Origin: Negaprion brevirostris
Lineage: Eukaryota
NCBI GenBank assembly: GCA_030324005.1
Contig: JARDVH010000169.1
Span: forward strand, 10,841,224 to 10,905,223
Reading direction: 5' to 3'
Length of the DNA: 64,000 bases
The notes under the pieces were generated by a model. The model saw only the letters and a program-made list of their open reading frames with translations. It did not search any database and had not been told where the DNA came from. Of the stretch, positions 1-12,189 are shown in pieces. Positions within the stretch are counted from its first letter, which is position 1; each line of letters begins with the position of its first letter. The translations under genes were made by a program, and so were the position numbers.

Positions 1-1979
1 TTGTCAGGTCAACTTAAAAAAGTCAAAGAGATACTCTGAGTCATCTTCAATAATTAAACAGGATCATCTGCATCAGTTAATACAAAAGAATAAAAGTGTT
101 CTGGATCACTGCTGAGCAGGCAATTAATATGTAGAACATCAAGCCAGATGGAAAGGTTATTTTACTATCTATCAGTACTTGTATGGAGTCTGCAGTGGAA
201 TAACCACGATACAGCTAAACCAAATCTTATCACTTGTACTTCAAAACCTGTATTTTTAATAAGAAACATGAACACAATCCCCAAAGATGATTCAGCTTCC
301 CTTTGATCTGTTCATTTTTAATCATGCTCGCTTCAAAAACTGACATAAGTGATATGTTTATCATTTAAATACCTGCTTGTGCTTGGGTAATGACTTAAAA
401 ACTGAAAAGGGTGTCAGCAGTAATAACAGTTTTGTTACTAATGATAGAGCACATGGATATTTTCCTGGCGTTGCTACAATTACATAATATTAAACAACAG
501 GGATTTGTGCCTGCACTTCACACTTTCCACTTATCTCAAATGATTTGGACACAGGAACAAAAAAAATGTCAAAGTTTGCTAATAATACAAATTAAGGACA
601 CAACAAGCTGTGAGGAATAATGCAAGCAATTCCAGGAAATCGAAGGCTAGCAGAGATACTGGTCAACGCTGAGGAATGTGCAGTAATACACTGGGAAAAA
701 AGAAAAACAGAATACCTTGAATGTTTGTGTTCAAATATACTTTCCAAAGTGGAAAACAGGAAAAGTCAAGGGTGCAAATATATTAATCTTTAAAAAGTGG
801 CAATACAGATTGACAAAAGCCATCAAAATAGAATGAACAATGAATAAAAAAAACATGGAAGGAGCATTGCCGACAACAAACTATTATGGGAATGTTGGAG
901 CCATGGAAATGGTACATGAAGATTCATAAATATGCTGGCAGGAATGAGAGTTGAGTGATGAACAAAGGTTCCAGAGAAATTGAGAACAAAAACTAAATAC
1001 TGGAGACACTCAGCAAGTCAGGAAGCATCCACTGTGAAAACACAAATCAGTTAACCTTTAAGTTATAAATTTTACCTCACTAAATTATGTATACCTGAAA
1101 TGACATCATTCGATTGGAAGTAAAGAGATTTGATACTTCCAATGGATGTGAAGAGTGCGATATAAATACTAGTTTTTCTTCAATACAAGTTTTTGGACCA
1201 TCTAGACATAGATACGAAATACCAAAAATATAATTAGGACACACTGACAAGAGCTAGCTGCAACACAGCCAGTAAATTGGCCCTCTTGACCAAATAATAA
1301 AGGAAATTTCATTGACATCTCAGACCCACAATGCAACTTAAAAGTTAAATGTAAAATCATTCTACATTTGCCCACCAGGTTCTACCTGTCTTGTTGTGTG
1401 ACTCAATCATGTTCCACCTTTATTTTAGATTTCCAGCATCAGCAGCATTTAGGTTTCACTGACAAAACAGAAGGGTGGGCTGGAGGAATACAACGCATTT
1501 AACATTATGAAAATTCTTTATTGGGGCTGCCAAATAATTTCAGTTAACTTGTGAGATTAACAGGTTAATTCTTTGGAAAATCAACTTGTTAATGCACAGT
1601 AATGACTGAAGTGACAGCTGTAATTTAATACTTGTAAACGTGAAGTAGGTGGAAGTGAGTGGTAAGCCAAATTGGATATTCCGAAATCTTCTTAGAATGG
1701 AAAAAAGCACAATCAAATTACAAAAGCAGTTGAAGACTTTTTTTTAAATGCATTTTTCCTTGTCAGTTGACTACATCCAAGTAAAAATAAATGTAATTGA
1801 TATATGAAGATATATTTTAAAAGTGAAACCTTTTCAAATGTACCAATAATGACTAGAGCATTTAACCCAGGAATTAATTTCAGTCAGGAACTCGGGCCTT
1901 GAGCTTGCATCCTATCCTGACTTGCAACTTTTTGTTCATAGCATCCTTGAACCTGCTTCATTTGAAGCAAATTTTAAAA

Positions 1980-2164
1980 ACGGCATCACAGCCTTTTGGC
2001 TAAGATACAAATGAGATCAAGTCTTGGAGGAAGTGCAATGCCTACTCCAATCAGCTTGGATCATGTAGATCAAGCCCAAGACAGGAGGTGAGAGCCCTAT
2101 CTTGTCAGTTTGGATCGGGAATGTCTCACATAGGCAGGTAACACTTTGGAGGTGTTATGCTATG
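1980..2164 (+). ncRNA. U2 snRNA-headed structured element (candidate snRNA-derived SINE or ncRNA copy; not a U2 gene)
   Basis: 1980-2006 matches U2 nt 1-27 at 22/27 positions (GCCTTTTGGCTAAGAT exact). It is followed by non-U2 sequence that folds into several hairpins. Confidence 0.55.
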
Positions 2165-2181
2165 AATGAGTAGTATTTGAT

Positions 2182-2516
2182 TAGAACCACAGAATCCTGT
2201 AGTGCAGAAGGAGGCCATTCGATCCATTGAGTCTGCACTGACCACAATCCCACCCAGGCCCTATGCCCATAATTCTGTACATTTATCCTAGCGAGTCCCC
2301 CTGACACTCCGGGGCAATTTTAGCACGGTCAATCCACATCCACCGAACCGGCACACCTTTGCACTGTGGGAGGAAACCAGAGCACCCAGAAGAAACCCAC
2401 GTAGATATGGGGAGAATGTGCAAACTCCACACAGACAGTGACCTAAGCCAGGAATTGAAATTGGGAAACTGGCAGTGTGAGGTGGCACTGCTAACCGGTG
2501 TGTCACTGTGCCACCC
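2182..2516 (-). mobile_element. HE1-type (V-SINE) tRNA-derived SINE, near full length
   Basis: Minus strand shows a tRNA-like head (GGTGGCACAGTG...), V-domain GGGTGCTCTGGTTTCCTCCCACAG and a CR1-like tail GAATGGCCTCCTTCTGCACT. Confidence 0.85.
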
Positions 2517-3975
2517 TTGTGCATTTAATATTCAAGGATATACGTAACATATTAAAGCATTTAAAAGAAATACATCAGAAACACGGAAAAAGAAATTGCA
2601 TCTTTTTGTATCTTGATCATCTCATTCAAGTGGAAATTAAGTGCAGAAAACTAAGTCAATAAATTTGTTTCAGTTGCTGACATGGTGGTCTGAGAGTTGA
2701 TCACTAAAGGAAATTAATTATCAACTCATTTACTCTCCGAACTCCTCCACTATCTTAAAAATCAGACTATCAACTACTTCAGACCGCCATATCCAGATCG
2801 TGTTCTAACTTATCTGGATGAACTGAAACCAAGCTTGTTACTACAAGAAATTTATGAACAGATTCCTTAAATGATACTTAAATGCAAACAGTTTGACTCT
2901 TATCTACAGGTTATTTACTATGCTCATGTGGAAATTTCCAGAACAGTTTCTGTACAAAAATCAATAACAAATGTAAAAGCTTCAAAACAAGTCCAAGCTG
3001 ATAACTCAACCAGTCAAAGCATGTAGTTGTTGATATTCTAGACGATAATCAAACTAGTGTGTGCCTCAGCATGAAGAAATGTATTCATAAAAGTTGTCCT
3101 GTTACAACCTTTGGAGCTGAACCATGCCAGCCAGGAAATTCTCAAGTTCAACGTGAGTCTTTGTTGACTGAGTTGGTTACGCCGAAAACACTTAACTGTT
3201 GTAATACATCATTTTACAAAATACCACGCAGAATACAAGTCAAAGTGTCATGTTGTTCTTCTGTTTGAGGAACATGGTGGTATTATTGTTTCCATCTCTC
3301 CCCTACCTGTAGGGAACTATAAAGAGAGCTAATTTTCTACACCAGAATTGGCAAGATGTGTGCTATGCCACACAAATTCAAACATGCAGGACACTAGCAA
3401 CCAGTAGTCATATTTTTGTTAGGTATATGTTCTAACTCTAATGGTCTTTGGTCACCCCTCTGCTATGCCTCAGATGATGACCAAGAAATGCTATGCTTAA
3501 TAAATGAGCAATTTAGGATTTTCATCTGTAGACAGTAACCTATTCCACAGTTGAAATAAGTTTGCATAAAATTTAGGTTTCTTGGTCTTTTTAAAATTGG
3601 AAGCATTCTCATGTTGAAAGGTAGGTGTGTTTTTTATATATGATTGTAAGCCAATGAGATTTTTTTTTTCTGAAAGGAACTGTAGAAATGGAAATTACCA
3701 CATGTAACTTGTACATAAATATGTAATTATGAAATATTTGGAACAGGTACACTAAATCCTTCCACTCTATTGAAAGGTAAGCATTTTGATCATGGCTACA
3801 ACCAAATACAAATGTAAGGTGAAGATGAGCAAATATATTTAAAGTTACTGGTGCAGATGAGGTAACTTGTTTTATTTCGAACTTCTGTTCTAAGAGCTAA
3901 ATAGTATGTGGCACACTTGGTTTGATAGTTTCAGCTGAGTCAGCAAAAAGCCTTTCACAACAAAATTAACTTTAC

Positions 3976-4222
3976 ATAAGAACATAAGAAATAGGAGCAG
4001 GAGTAGGCCATCTAGCCCTTCGAGCCTGCCCCGCCATTCAATAAGATNNNNNNNNNNNNNNNNNNNNNNNNNNNNNNNNNNNNNNNNNNNNNNNNNNNNN
4101 NNNNNNNNNNNNNNNNNNNNNNNNNNNNNNNNNNNNNNNNNNNNNNNTCTATCCACGCTAACACCCTACCCCCAACTCCATGCCCCCTTACCTTCTGCAA
4201 TAACCTCTTGAGGTACCTTGTC
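3976..4222 (-). mobile_element. Young CR1-clade (HER1-like) LINE, gap-interrupted
   Basis: 3' tail ataagaacataagaaataggagcaggagtaggcc; after the gap, RT peptide RLLQKVRGHGVGGRVLAWI. Confidence 0.85.
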
Positions 4223-4428
4223 AATTATCTCATCTTTTCAGGTCATTTTTTTTCTTTTAAATATAATGAGCATTGTTTTAAAATCTATTTGTAAATGGTG
4301 CCTCAAGTAACACTATCCATTCAAGGCATGAGCAGAAATAACACACTTGAAAATATCTTACTAGAGACATTATTAGAAAATGGTTGCTTGAGAATATAGC
4401 AGCAACAATGATGAATGCTGGCTGGGGG

Positions 4429-4467
4429 TGAGGAAGGGAAGAGGAAGAGGAAGAGGAAGATAAGGAA
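4429..4467 (+). repeat. (GAGGAA)n purine microsatellite
   Basis: gaggaagggaagaggaagaggaagaggaagataaggaa. Confidence 0.8.
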
Positions 4468-4895
4468 CACAAATGCTTTTCAAAATAGTGGAAGTCTACC
4501 CACCAATTTATGCTACCTGCTCACTCTTAAGGAGGGAATCCGTGCTCTGCTAAGCACGTGAAAATGTCAGTGAATGTTTTCATGTCTATAAAGGATAAGC
4601 AAGACAATCAGCTATTTTCTAAGAATGACTGAGACATACAGAATAGATACATTTAAGGAGAAATTAAGGAATAAAAGAATACAGCAAATGGCTGAGTTGA
4701 AGCAAAGTGAGAAGAAACATTGCGTGAACCCGTTGAGCTGAATAGTCTGTTTCTGCGCTGCAAATTCAGTGCAAGAGCACCATGAATTCCCTCAGTGGGC
4801 TATTTAAAGGTCTTTCTTGACTAGATAATACATATGGTGGCATTGCATTGCAAAGGAGGGACTTAAATTACTTCATTCCTGTCCAGTAGGGGTAT

Positions 4896-5105
4896 ACACA
4901 GTAAAATGTCTGACAACACCAGGTTTCAGTCCAACCGATTTATTTTGTAGTAAACTCAATAGCTTTCGGGTTAGCCCCTTCGTCAGGTGAATGGAGAGTT
5001 CTGGCCTCAGGCAGAGCATATAAAGCACAGACAGTTTACAGATTACCGATTAGGTGTAAAGATTCGCATTCTAATCACATTCCAACACCGGCATATCCAC
5101 ATCAT
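4896..5105 (-). mobile_element. Penelope-like non-autonomous mini-element with hammerhead core
   Basis: Ends resemble shark PLE terminal repeats (CAACACCAGG..AGTCCAAC; CCAACACCGGCATATCCACATCAT). Minus strand carries CTGACGA...GAAAGCT. Flanked by a 10/12 direct repeat (4884-4895 and 5106-5117). Confidence 0.65.
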
Positions 5106-6834
5106 CAGTAGAGGTGTGGCAGATGATTAATTGAATAAATCGGTTACCAATCAGTCTCTGGATCCACGTGACCTGGTAGCCATTTCAGCATCTGGTAAGG
5201 AACTGTAGAGCTGTCATTGCTCTAAGGAGCATGGACAGGGTATTATGTGCAGCAACCAGCCAGCACACTTATCTCTGCAATAGAATAGTCTTTACAAGAT
5301 TTGAACCAGAGACTGACATGAACCGAAGCCCCAGGCTAAGAAACACTGAACGCCTGCATTAGCTCATGAATAGGTAAAAGAAAATGGCTATAGTCTAATG
5401 GATTTCAGTGCAATAAATTTACTTGTGAACAATGTTATTGCATGACCAGTTAAAAGAACTGATACCCATGGTAAACAAGGTACGATAGAAAATATATTTG
5501 AGCCCAGGATCGGGCACACTGTGCAACACAAGATACTAAATGATCTTTGTCTCCTTGTAGAAGCAATTTTTCTACAAGTTCTCTGATCTGTTGAAGCATC
5601 TGAACTTTTCAATATGCCATTGTCTTGTCCTGATTTTGTTGTGGTTTTGATCTTTCCAAAGGGATCATTTGCCAGGGCTTTTGAAGAGATCCTTGCCATC
5701 AGCTACTAGTGGCCATAACTTGGCATTCTCACTCAGAATGTATAGGCTGGCTGTGATGGGAAAAAAAATCCTAGTATAATAGCATTCTGATTTGGGATAG
5801 AGAAAAGAGAGTTTTATCTTAGCTGCACTATATTTCAGATGGGAGTGTTTAATGCAGGCACATGCCTGAAATGTGAAGAGTTCCATTCACCAGCACTAAC
5901 ATCCCTTCCCTTGATGAGTACAAAATAATTTTTTTGAATGCATAATAAATTTTACAACGCAAGTGCAGAAACAATAATACTTGTGCTTTGATAAAAGACT
6001 CTACAACATAGTAAGCAGGTACATAAGAATTGCATTGACATTAGGGCAGACATGGAATAAACAAGGACGCCAAATAACAAAAGCTGCAGTATATAACTGA
6101 AAGGAGAACCATTTCGCAGAAGTGTTAAACCAATTGCTTATGTGAAACTCTGATAAACAACTGAATAATAGCATTTTTGTCACTCTAAGTCAAAATGCTT
6201 TCTTCCAAGAATAATGAGAACTCATTTTCAGCAGGAAAAGACAATTACTTTTGAACAATACTGTAGCAGAACAAGAAGTCCAAATAGTTAATACGTAACA
6301 TAACACTGACACTTCTTCACAAATCTGAAATATTGAATCAGGATCAAAACTTCAGTAGATTAGGAGAGATCTAATTTTCTTAATGTGACACATCAGATTG
6401 GAGTTGGCATGATGCCTCTACTTATTTAATTATAGTGTAAAAACAAATTCAGAATCATTTCCCTCTGTGAACAGATGTTGATATTTTGACAGAATTATGT
6501 GAATCAGCAATCTTTATTAGAGATACAGATGTTTAACTACTCAATTCCAGTAAGCAGATTTTTCAAATATTTTGGGGTAACTTTAACAGACTAAATAATT
6601 CTCCTCCCCAAAAAGTAAAAACAAGAAACTGTCAGGAAGGCAATGTGTTCCTGTGGTTATATATTTAAACCAATTTTCATGCTAAGTGGAGAATGTGAGG
6701 TTGCTCGGAAGCCTGGAAGATACTTCACAGGCCTTACTCAGGTGATAACGACCATGCACGTGCAATCACTGCAAAAAGACTCAAGGGACTATGCACAAGT
6801 AACTTCTGATAGGAACACTGCTTATAACATAAGG

Positions 6835-7710
6835 TGTAGTAACAAATTACATTTATAAAGCACCTTTAGCATAATAAAATGTCCCAAGATGCTTCATAAG
6901 AGCAGTACAACATGAAGTATGACAAAAAGCCAGAGAGATATTAATTCAGATGACCAAAAGCTTGGTCAAAGAGGTATATTTTAAAAAGTATCTTAAAAAG
7001 AAGATAGCAGAGGGGTAGAGGGGTGATTGGAAGGTATTCAGAGTTTAGGGCCAAGACAACTGAAGTCATGGCCACCAATTCATAGAAACCATAGAAACCC
7101 TACAGTGCAGAAAGAGGCTATCTGGCCCATCGAGTCTGCACTGACCACAATCCCACCGGACCCTAACCCCACATATTTACCCACTAATCCCTCTAACATA
7201 TGCATCTCAGGACATTAAGGGGGCAATTTTAGCATAGCCAATCAACCTAACCCGCACATCTTTAGACAATTGTGGAGAGATTAAAATTTAGGTTGCAACA
7301 GAGATCAGAACTAGAGAATGCTGATATCAGGGGTTTTTTTTTTTAAGAACCAGAGGTTATTTCAGAGAGAGAGGGAGAGGTGAGCCATGGATGGATTTGA
7401 GGACAAGGGTCAAAATTTTAAAAATCAAGATGTTGTTTTGACCAGAAGCCAATGCAGGTCAACAAACAAGGGAGTGGTGGTTCGCCAGAGATCAAGACAG
7501 ATCCAACTTCATATGCATGCCATCATTGAGATCATCTATTTCCACCTACATAACAATGCCCATTTTCACCCTGGCTCAGCTCATCTGGTACTGAAACCCA
7601 CATTCATGTTCTTGTTACCTTCAGACTTGAAATTCGAATGCACCTCTGGCTGGTCTCCTACATTCTATCCTTGTAAATTTCAAGTTATCCAAAACTTTGC
7701 TGTCTTAACC
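6835..7710 (-). mobile_element. L2 LINE 3' fragment with an inverted 5' segment and a nested SINE
   Basis: L2-type 3' end at ~6835-6900 on the minus strand; 7490-7710 is plus-oriented and homologous to 15050-15290 of the L2 copy. Confidence 0.65.
7081..7266 (-). mobile_element. 5'-truncated HE1-type SINE/tail inserted in L2
   Basis: catagaaaccatagaaaccctacagtgcag... flanked by caatt at 7076-7080 and 7267-7271. Confidence 0.8.
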
Positions 7711-7996
7711 GAGAAGCTGTCTCAGGATCACATGTGTCACAATGATTACAAACACACTGACTTAACCTGATTGTTGCGAGGGAAAAGAATGGAGTCTGTA
7801 AATAGTAAAAGTGGAACATACTGCTTTATGGTCAAAGAGTAAAATCATTTTATGATATGCTTTGAATTATCTTTGAATAAACAGCACATAGTTGGATAAC
7901 ATCACAAAATGATTTTTGATGAAGCAGGTTTAATAAAGCAATGTTCAGTAGTATACCAGGCATACCCATTTCATCCACATTTTTGGAGAATTTTTT

Positions 7997-8338
7997 TTCT
8001 CTTTCGTGGGATGTCACTAAAGTTGGCACGGTCAACATTTGTTGCCCATCCTACTTGCCCCTGAACTGAGTGGCTTGCTAGATCATTTCAGTGAGCAGTT
8101 AAGATTCAATCACATTGCTGTGGGTCTGGAGTCACATGTAGTCCAGACCAGGTAAGGATGGCAGATTGCCATGATGATGGTTTTATGATCACCAATACTG
8201 GTACTTTTTTTCCAATTTCAGATTTATTAACTGAATTTAAATTCTACTAGCTTCCACAGTGGGATTTGAGCCAGTGTCCCTAGTGCATTAACCTGGGTCC
8301 TTTTACTAGAACGTGACATTACCACTATGCCACCACCT
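7997..8338 (-). mobile_element. tRNA-derived SINE, Meta-domain-like family
   Basis: Head GGTGGCATAGTGGTAATGTCAC, core CCTTACCTGGTCTGGACTACATGTGACTCCAG and tail GGATGGGCAACAAATG; homologous to 29316-29757 and 43278-43772. Confidence 0.7.
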
Positions 8339-9112
8339 TCCCTATAAAATATTGGCAAAAGAATCTAGGCTAAGGAAACAAAATGCAGGGCAGGTGCAAA
8401 TCAAGATCAAATACACCATTTCTGTCTTTTCAAATCATCTTAAAAGGTTTTTTAGTTAGAACTTTGCATCTGCCTTCAGCACATGAAATTCCTGGAACAA
8501 GCAACCTGAATATAATAGAAGTGATTATTTTTCAAGTTAAACATTTTGATGCAAGTCAAACAAGTACATGCCATTTGCAAATCCCAAAATGACTAAGTCT
8601 AATGTAAATTACTTAAGATCTGTGCATGGATTCAGAATAATTTTGTTTTAACAAAGTAATTTAGCAAAACAGAAAAAAGCAGCACGCAGATTTTTTTTGG
8701 TAAGAGACTTCATTTGTCACTTCCAGCCATTTAGCATTTATGCCAATCAGCAAATTGAAGATAAAATTTGTGGAATTTAATCAAAGGATTTCTAGGAAAA
8801 ACAAATTATTGAATGCCTAGGAATGCTACTGCAAACAACTCATGGCTGCTCTTAACGGCCAGTTCATTGTTCCTGGATGATTTAAAAAAACCCTTATAAA
8901 TAGGAAGCTAACTGGCGTCTAGGAGATTATGTAATAATAACATCTGATTTGCAATTATTTTTTGACAGCTAAATAAAATGAGTACAATCTAAAATTGGAA
9001 GTCTGTAAATTAGTTTTAGAAAGCAAATTTAACTTCAAGACTCATTTATAGAGCAGTAGCAATGAACGCTGAATTATAATAATTTTACCAGGCAACTCAA
9101 AAAGAAACAAAA

Positions 9113-9510
9113 CAGAATCCCTACAGTGCAGAAGGTGGCCATTTAGTCCATCAAACCTGCGCCAAAAACAATCCCATGCAGGCCCTACCCGCATAACCCA
9201 ACGTGTTAATCTCCATTACACTGAACGGCACTTTACCATGACCTATTCACCTGACCTTCACATCTTTGGACTGTGGGAGAAACTGGAGCACCCAGAGGAA
9301 ATGGATATATAGACAATTATACCTATATAGAATCCCTACAGTGCAGGGGGCCATTTGGCCCATCGAGTCCGCACTGACCACAATCCCACTCAAGCCCTAT
9401 CCCTGTAACTTCACTTATTTACTCTGATAGTCCTCTCCGGCCTTAACGGGTAATTTACTGTGGCCAATCAACCTAACCTGCACATCTTTGGAGGGTGGGG
9501 AGAAACCGGA
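9113..9510 (-). mobile_element. Two tandem HE1-type SINE 3' fragments
   Basis: agaatccctacagtgca... starts at ~9114 and again at ~9329; the second runs into an N-gap. Confidence 0.8.
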
Positions 9511-9844
9511 NNNNNNNNNNNNNNNNNNNNNNNNNNNNNNNNNNNNNNNNNNNNNNNNNNNNCAAGGTAAGTTCTTACTACGAAAGTGCTTTAAACTTAT
9601 TTAAACAGGTTTTTAACAGGTAATTTCTTATCTGTCTCTTCGCTCCAGCTATACTACATATAGACATAAAACACGTAGACTACTTACTGAAACACTAGTC
9701 ATTACAAAGTAAACTATAACAATTTTCAATGGTTAAAACAAGCTGCTGATCTTAATTCATCTTTAAGCATTGAATATTCCACTAACTACTAGGATATCAG
9801 CACTTAAATTGTACAATGAAGTAATGAAAGTTGCCAAAATCTCA

Positions 9845-10093
9845 GAGGACCATAGGCTGCTCTCTCCCCTGCTTTTTAAAAGAGGAAGAGAGAGGAAAGG
9901 AGAGAACAGAAGAAGAATGAGTCAGCACAAGCAAGAGAACTGATTGGTAGTGTTTCAATTCGAGGGTCACCACACTTCAGGTGAGAAGACGGGCCTTCAT
10001 GGGTAATCTCATCCAGTACAGGAATTGAACCTGCGCTGCGAGTGTCGCCCTGCACCATGAACCAGCTGTCCAACCAACTGAGCTAACCGACCT
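9845..10093 (-). mobile_element. Distinct tRNA-derived SINE
   Basis: Minus-strand head GGTCGGTTAGCTCAGTTGGTTGG (A box) ... GGTTCAATTCC (B box), followed by an unrelated body. Confidence 0.65.
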
Positions 10094-10714
10094 CCTGTAA
10101 CAATGAAGTAATAAGCAACATATCCAAAATCAATAATACCTGTAACCATCTACAAGACATTAGAACAATTGACACCAAAGGAACAATGCCAAAATTTATC
10201 ACTTCGCAACAGTCAATGCTTGTTTCCAGAAAACATTTCTCCACTTACCCAGCAATTCTCAGTTCAGGCACTTGTAATTTGTTTCCTGGTTTATCCACAC
10301 AAAAATATCCAACACAAGATGGAGCATATCTTAAATTGAGTATGCAAGAGGTGACAGCAATAACATCACCACTGCAGACACCAATGACAATTCATGATCA
10401 ATTAACAGCACTGCTCAAACTGATGAAAATCCCCAAATCAGCCAAACATCATTATCTTCCAGAAAAGAATGACCCTCCTTTATTTGTTCTTCCTAGATTA
10501 AAAGGAAGTCCACAAATCTGACTGCACAACTTATCAATGCACTGATGAACCATCTTGTTTTCGTTTGAATTTTTTTGAAAGCTCAAAAAATTAAATTGAA
10601 TCTTCATACTTTATCATAATGGCTTTAAATAATCTCAGTAAAGATTAGCAAATCCAGATGATGCTGAAATATAAACACACAAACTGATCTAATATTGTCA
10701 ACTTTGGTTCAGTT

Positions 10715-11130
10715 CTACCATTTTCACCTTGGAGTCAGAAGGTTGTGGGTTCAAAGGCCACACTCAGCCTAGAGCACCTAATCTCAATTTCTAGTCCAGC
10801 GCAGAAGGCAGAGTGCTGCACTGTCAGAGATGCTTATTACAGATTAAATATTAAACAGGGCTTCCCGCTTGGATGAATGCTTAGAGTTTACTGGATTATG
10901 GGATTATTCAACGAAGAACTCTAGAGTTCTGGTTTCCTGCCCAACATTTATATGTCAACTAATGCCACTGCCCATTTATCTCACTGCTGCTTGTGGCATC
11001 TTGCCGTGTACAAATTGGCTGTCACACTTTCCTACATTGTGGTAATGACTACACTTCAAAAGACTTAATTGGTTGTGAAGTGCTTTGGACATCCTGAATC
11101 GTGAAAGGCTCTTTATAAATCTAAATTTGT
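10715..11130 (+). mobile_element. Deu-domain SINE (SacSINE1/AmnSINE1-like) with an L2-type tail
   Basis: gagtcagaaggttgtgggttcaaa head; gagtgctgcactgtcagagatgc; gctgcttgtggcatcttgccgtgtacaaattggctg; tail gtgaagtgctttgg...tataaat. Confidence 0.7.
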
Positions 11131-11800
11131 TCTGTCTTGCTACTCAAGAACTTAATTGTAATCAAAGGTTTAACTCAAATGCCTAGCCAAGCGCTCTCAA
11201 AGTCAACATCGCAAATCAGTAAACAACGGGATTACTAGTTCAGATTGACAATGAGTATTACTCTCCAGAATATCTAATGAACTTCTACGCATGGGAATCT
11301 ATTGTGATAGTTTGTAAAATGAACAAATAGTAGGCTGTTTCTGTGTGCAGATGACATTCTGCATGCATCACAAATGTTGAAACATGTTCACTGGATGACA
11401 AACTCAAAAAGGAATTTCTACTTTCAGTCTATCATCAAACTATTTTCCTTCAGCAAGGATTGTTCCAATACAACCTGTCATTTTTCACCATTTCTGCTTC
11501 ATTCTGCTAACCCACAGTTTACTTTAAAAAGAAAATATTCTCATATTTGCCAAAGATTGGTGGCATCAGGTTTAAACTTCCCAGTTTTGGACAGTTGGAA
11601 AAAAACTTAAATTGTTCAGTCATTTGGGAGCAAAACTGCTCCAACTTCAGCCCTTTTAAGCTTTCTTGCACAGACTTGTTTGTGCCATTGAGCTGCTTTT
11701 CCTCATTGTCCTGACTAGCTTTTAGAAATTACATGAGAAAATACACAAAGTTTGTGTAGTATTATCACAGTTAAACTTATCCAAAGTAGAAAAGTAACTG

Positions 11801-11864
11801 AAAGTTTATTAGTGTTACAAGTAGGCTTACATTAACACTGCAATGAAGTTATTGTGAAATCCCC
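11801..11864 (-). mobile_element. Solo 3' tail of the alternative-tail V-SINE
   Basis: aaagtttattagtgttacaagtaggcttacattaacactgcaatgaagttattgtgaaatcccc, near-identical to the element ends at 41506 and 49520. Confidence 0.75.
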
Positions 11865-12189
11865 AGGAAGAAGTATAAGCAGACAATGAGCCAAGGATCT
11901 GACTTCAGGCATTTATAATATGGCATGACTTAAACATAGGATTTGAATGAAGTGTGTTCTGAATGACAGGACATTAAGGAAGATGCGATTTACAAATTTG
12001 GCACTGGTGATAGTTGATAGCTATATAACTAGACAAATGGATATACAGTTTAGAAAAAAAAAGCAGAATTTAGACCACGAGGGATAGAGACAGTGTCAGA
12101 AGATTGAGCTGTGGTAGAAATTCAGCCATGATCTTAATGAATTACAGAGCAGTCTTTGAGGACCTAATCTTCCTCCTATTTCATGTAAT

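Noticed and set aside
1980-2170. Functional U2 snRNA gene
   Set aside because: Similarity stops after ~27 nt; there is no GTGTAGTA branch-point recognition sequence, Sm site or U2 3' stems.
2288-2547. Recurrent short ORFs with CGRKPEHPEETH or GHCLCGVCTFSP motifs (also 16635, 27599, 40836, 49572, 50406)
   Set aside because: These are translations of HE1/V-SINE sequence, not a gene family.
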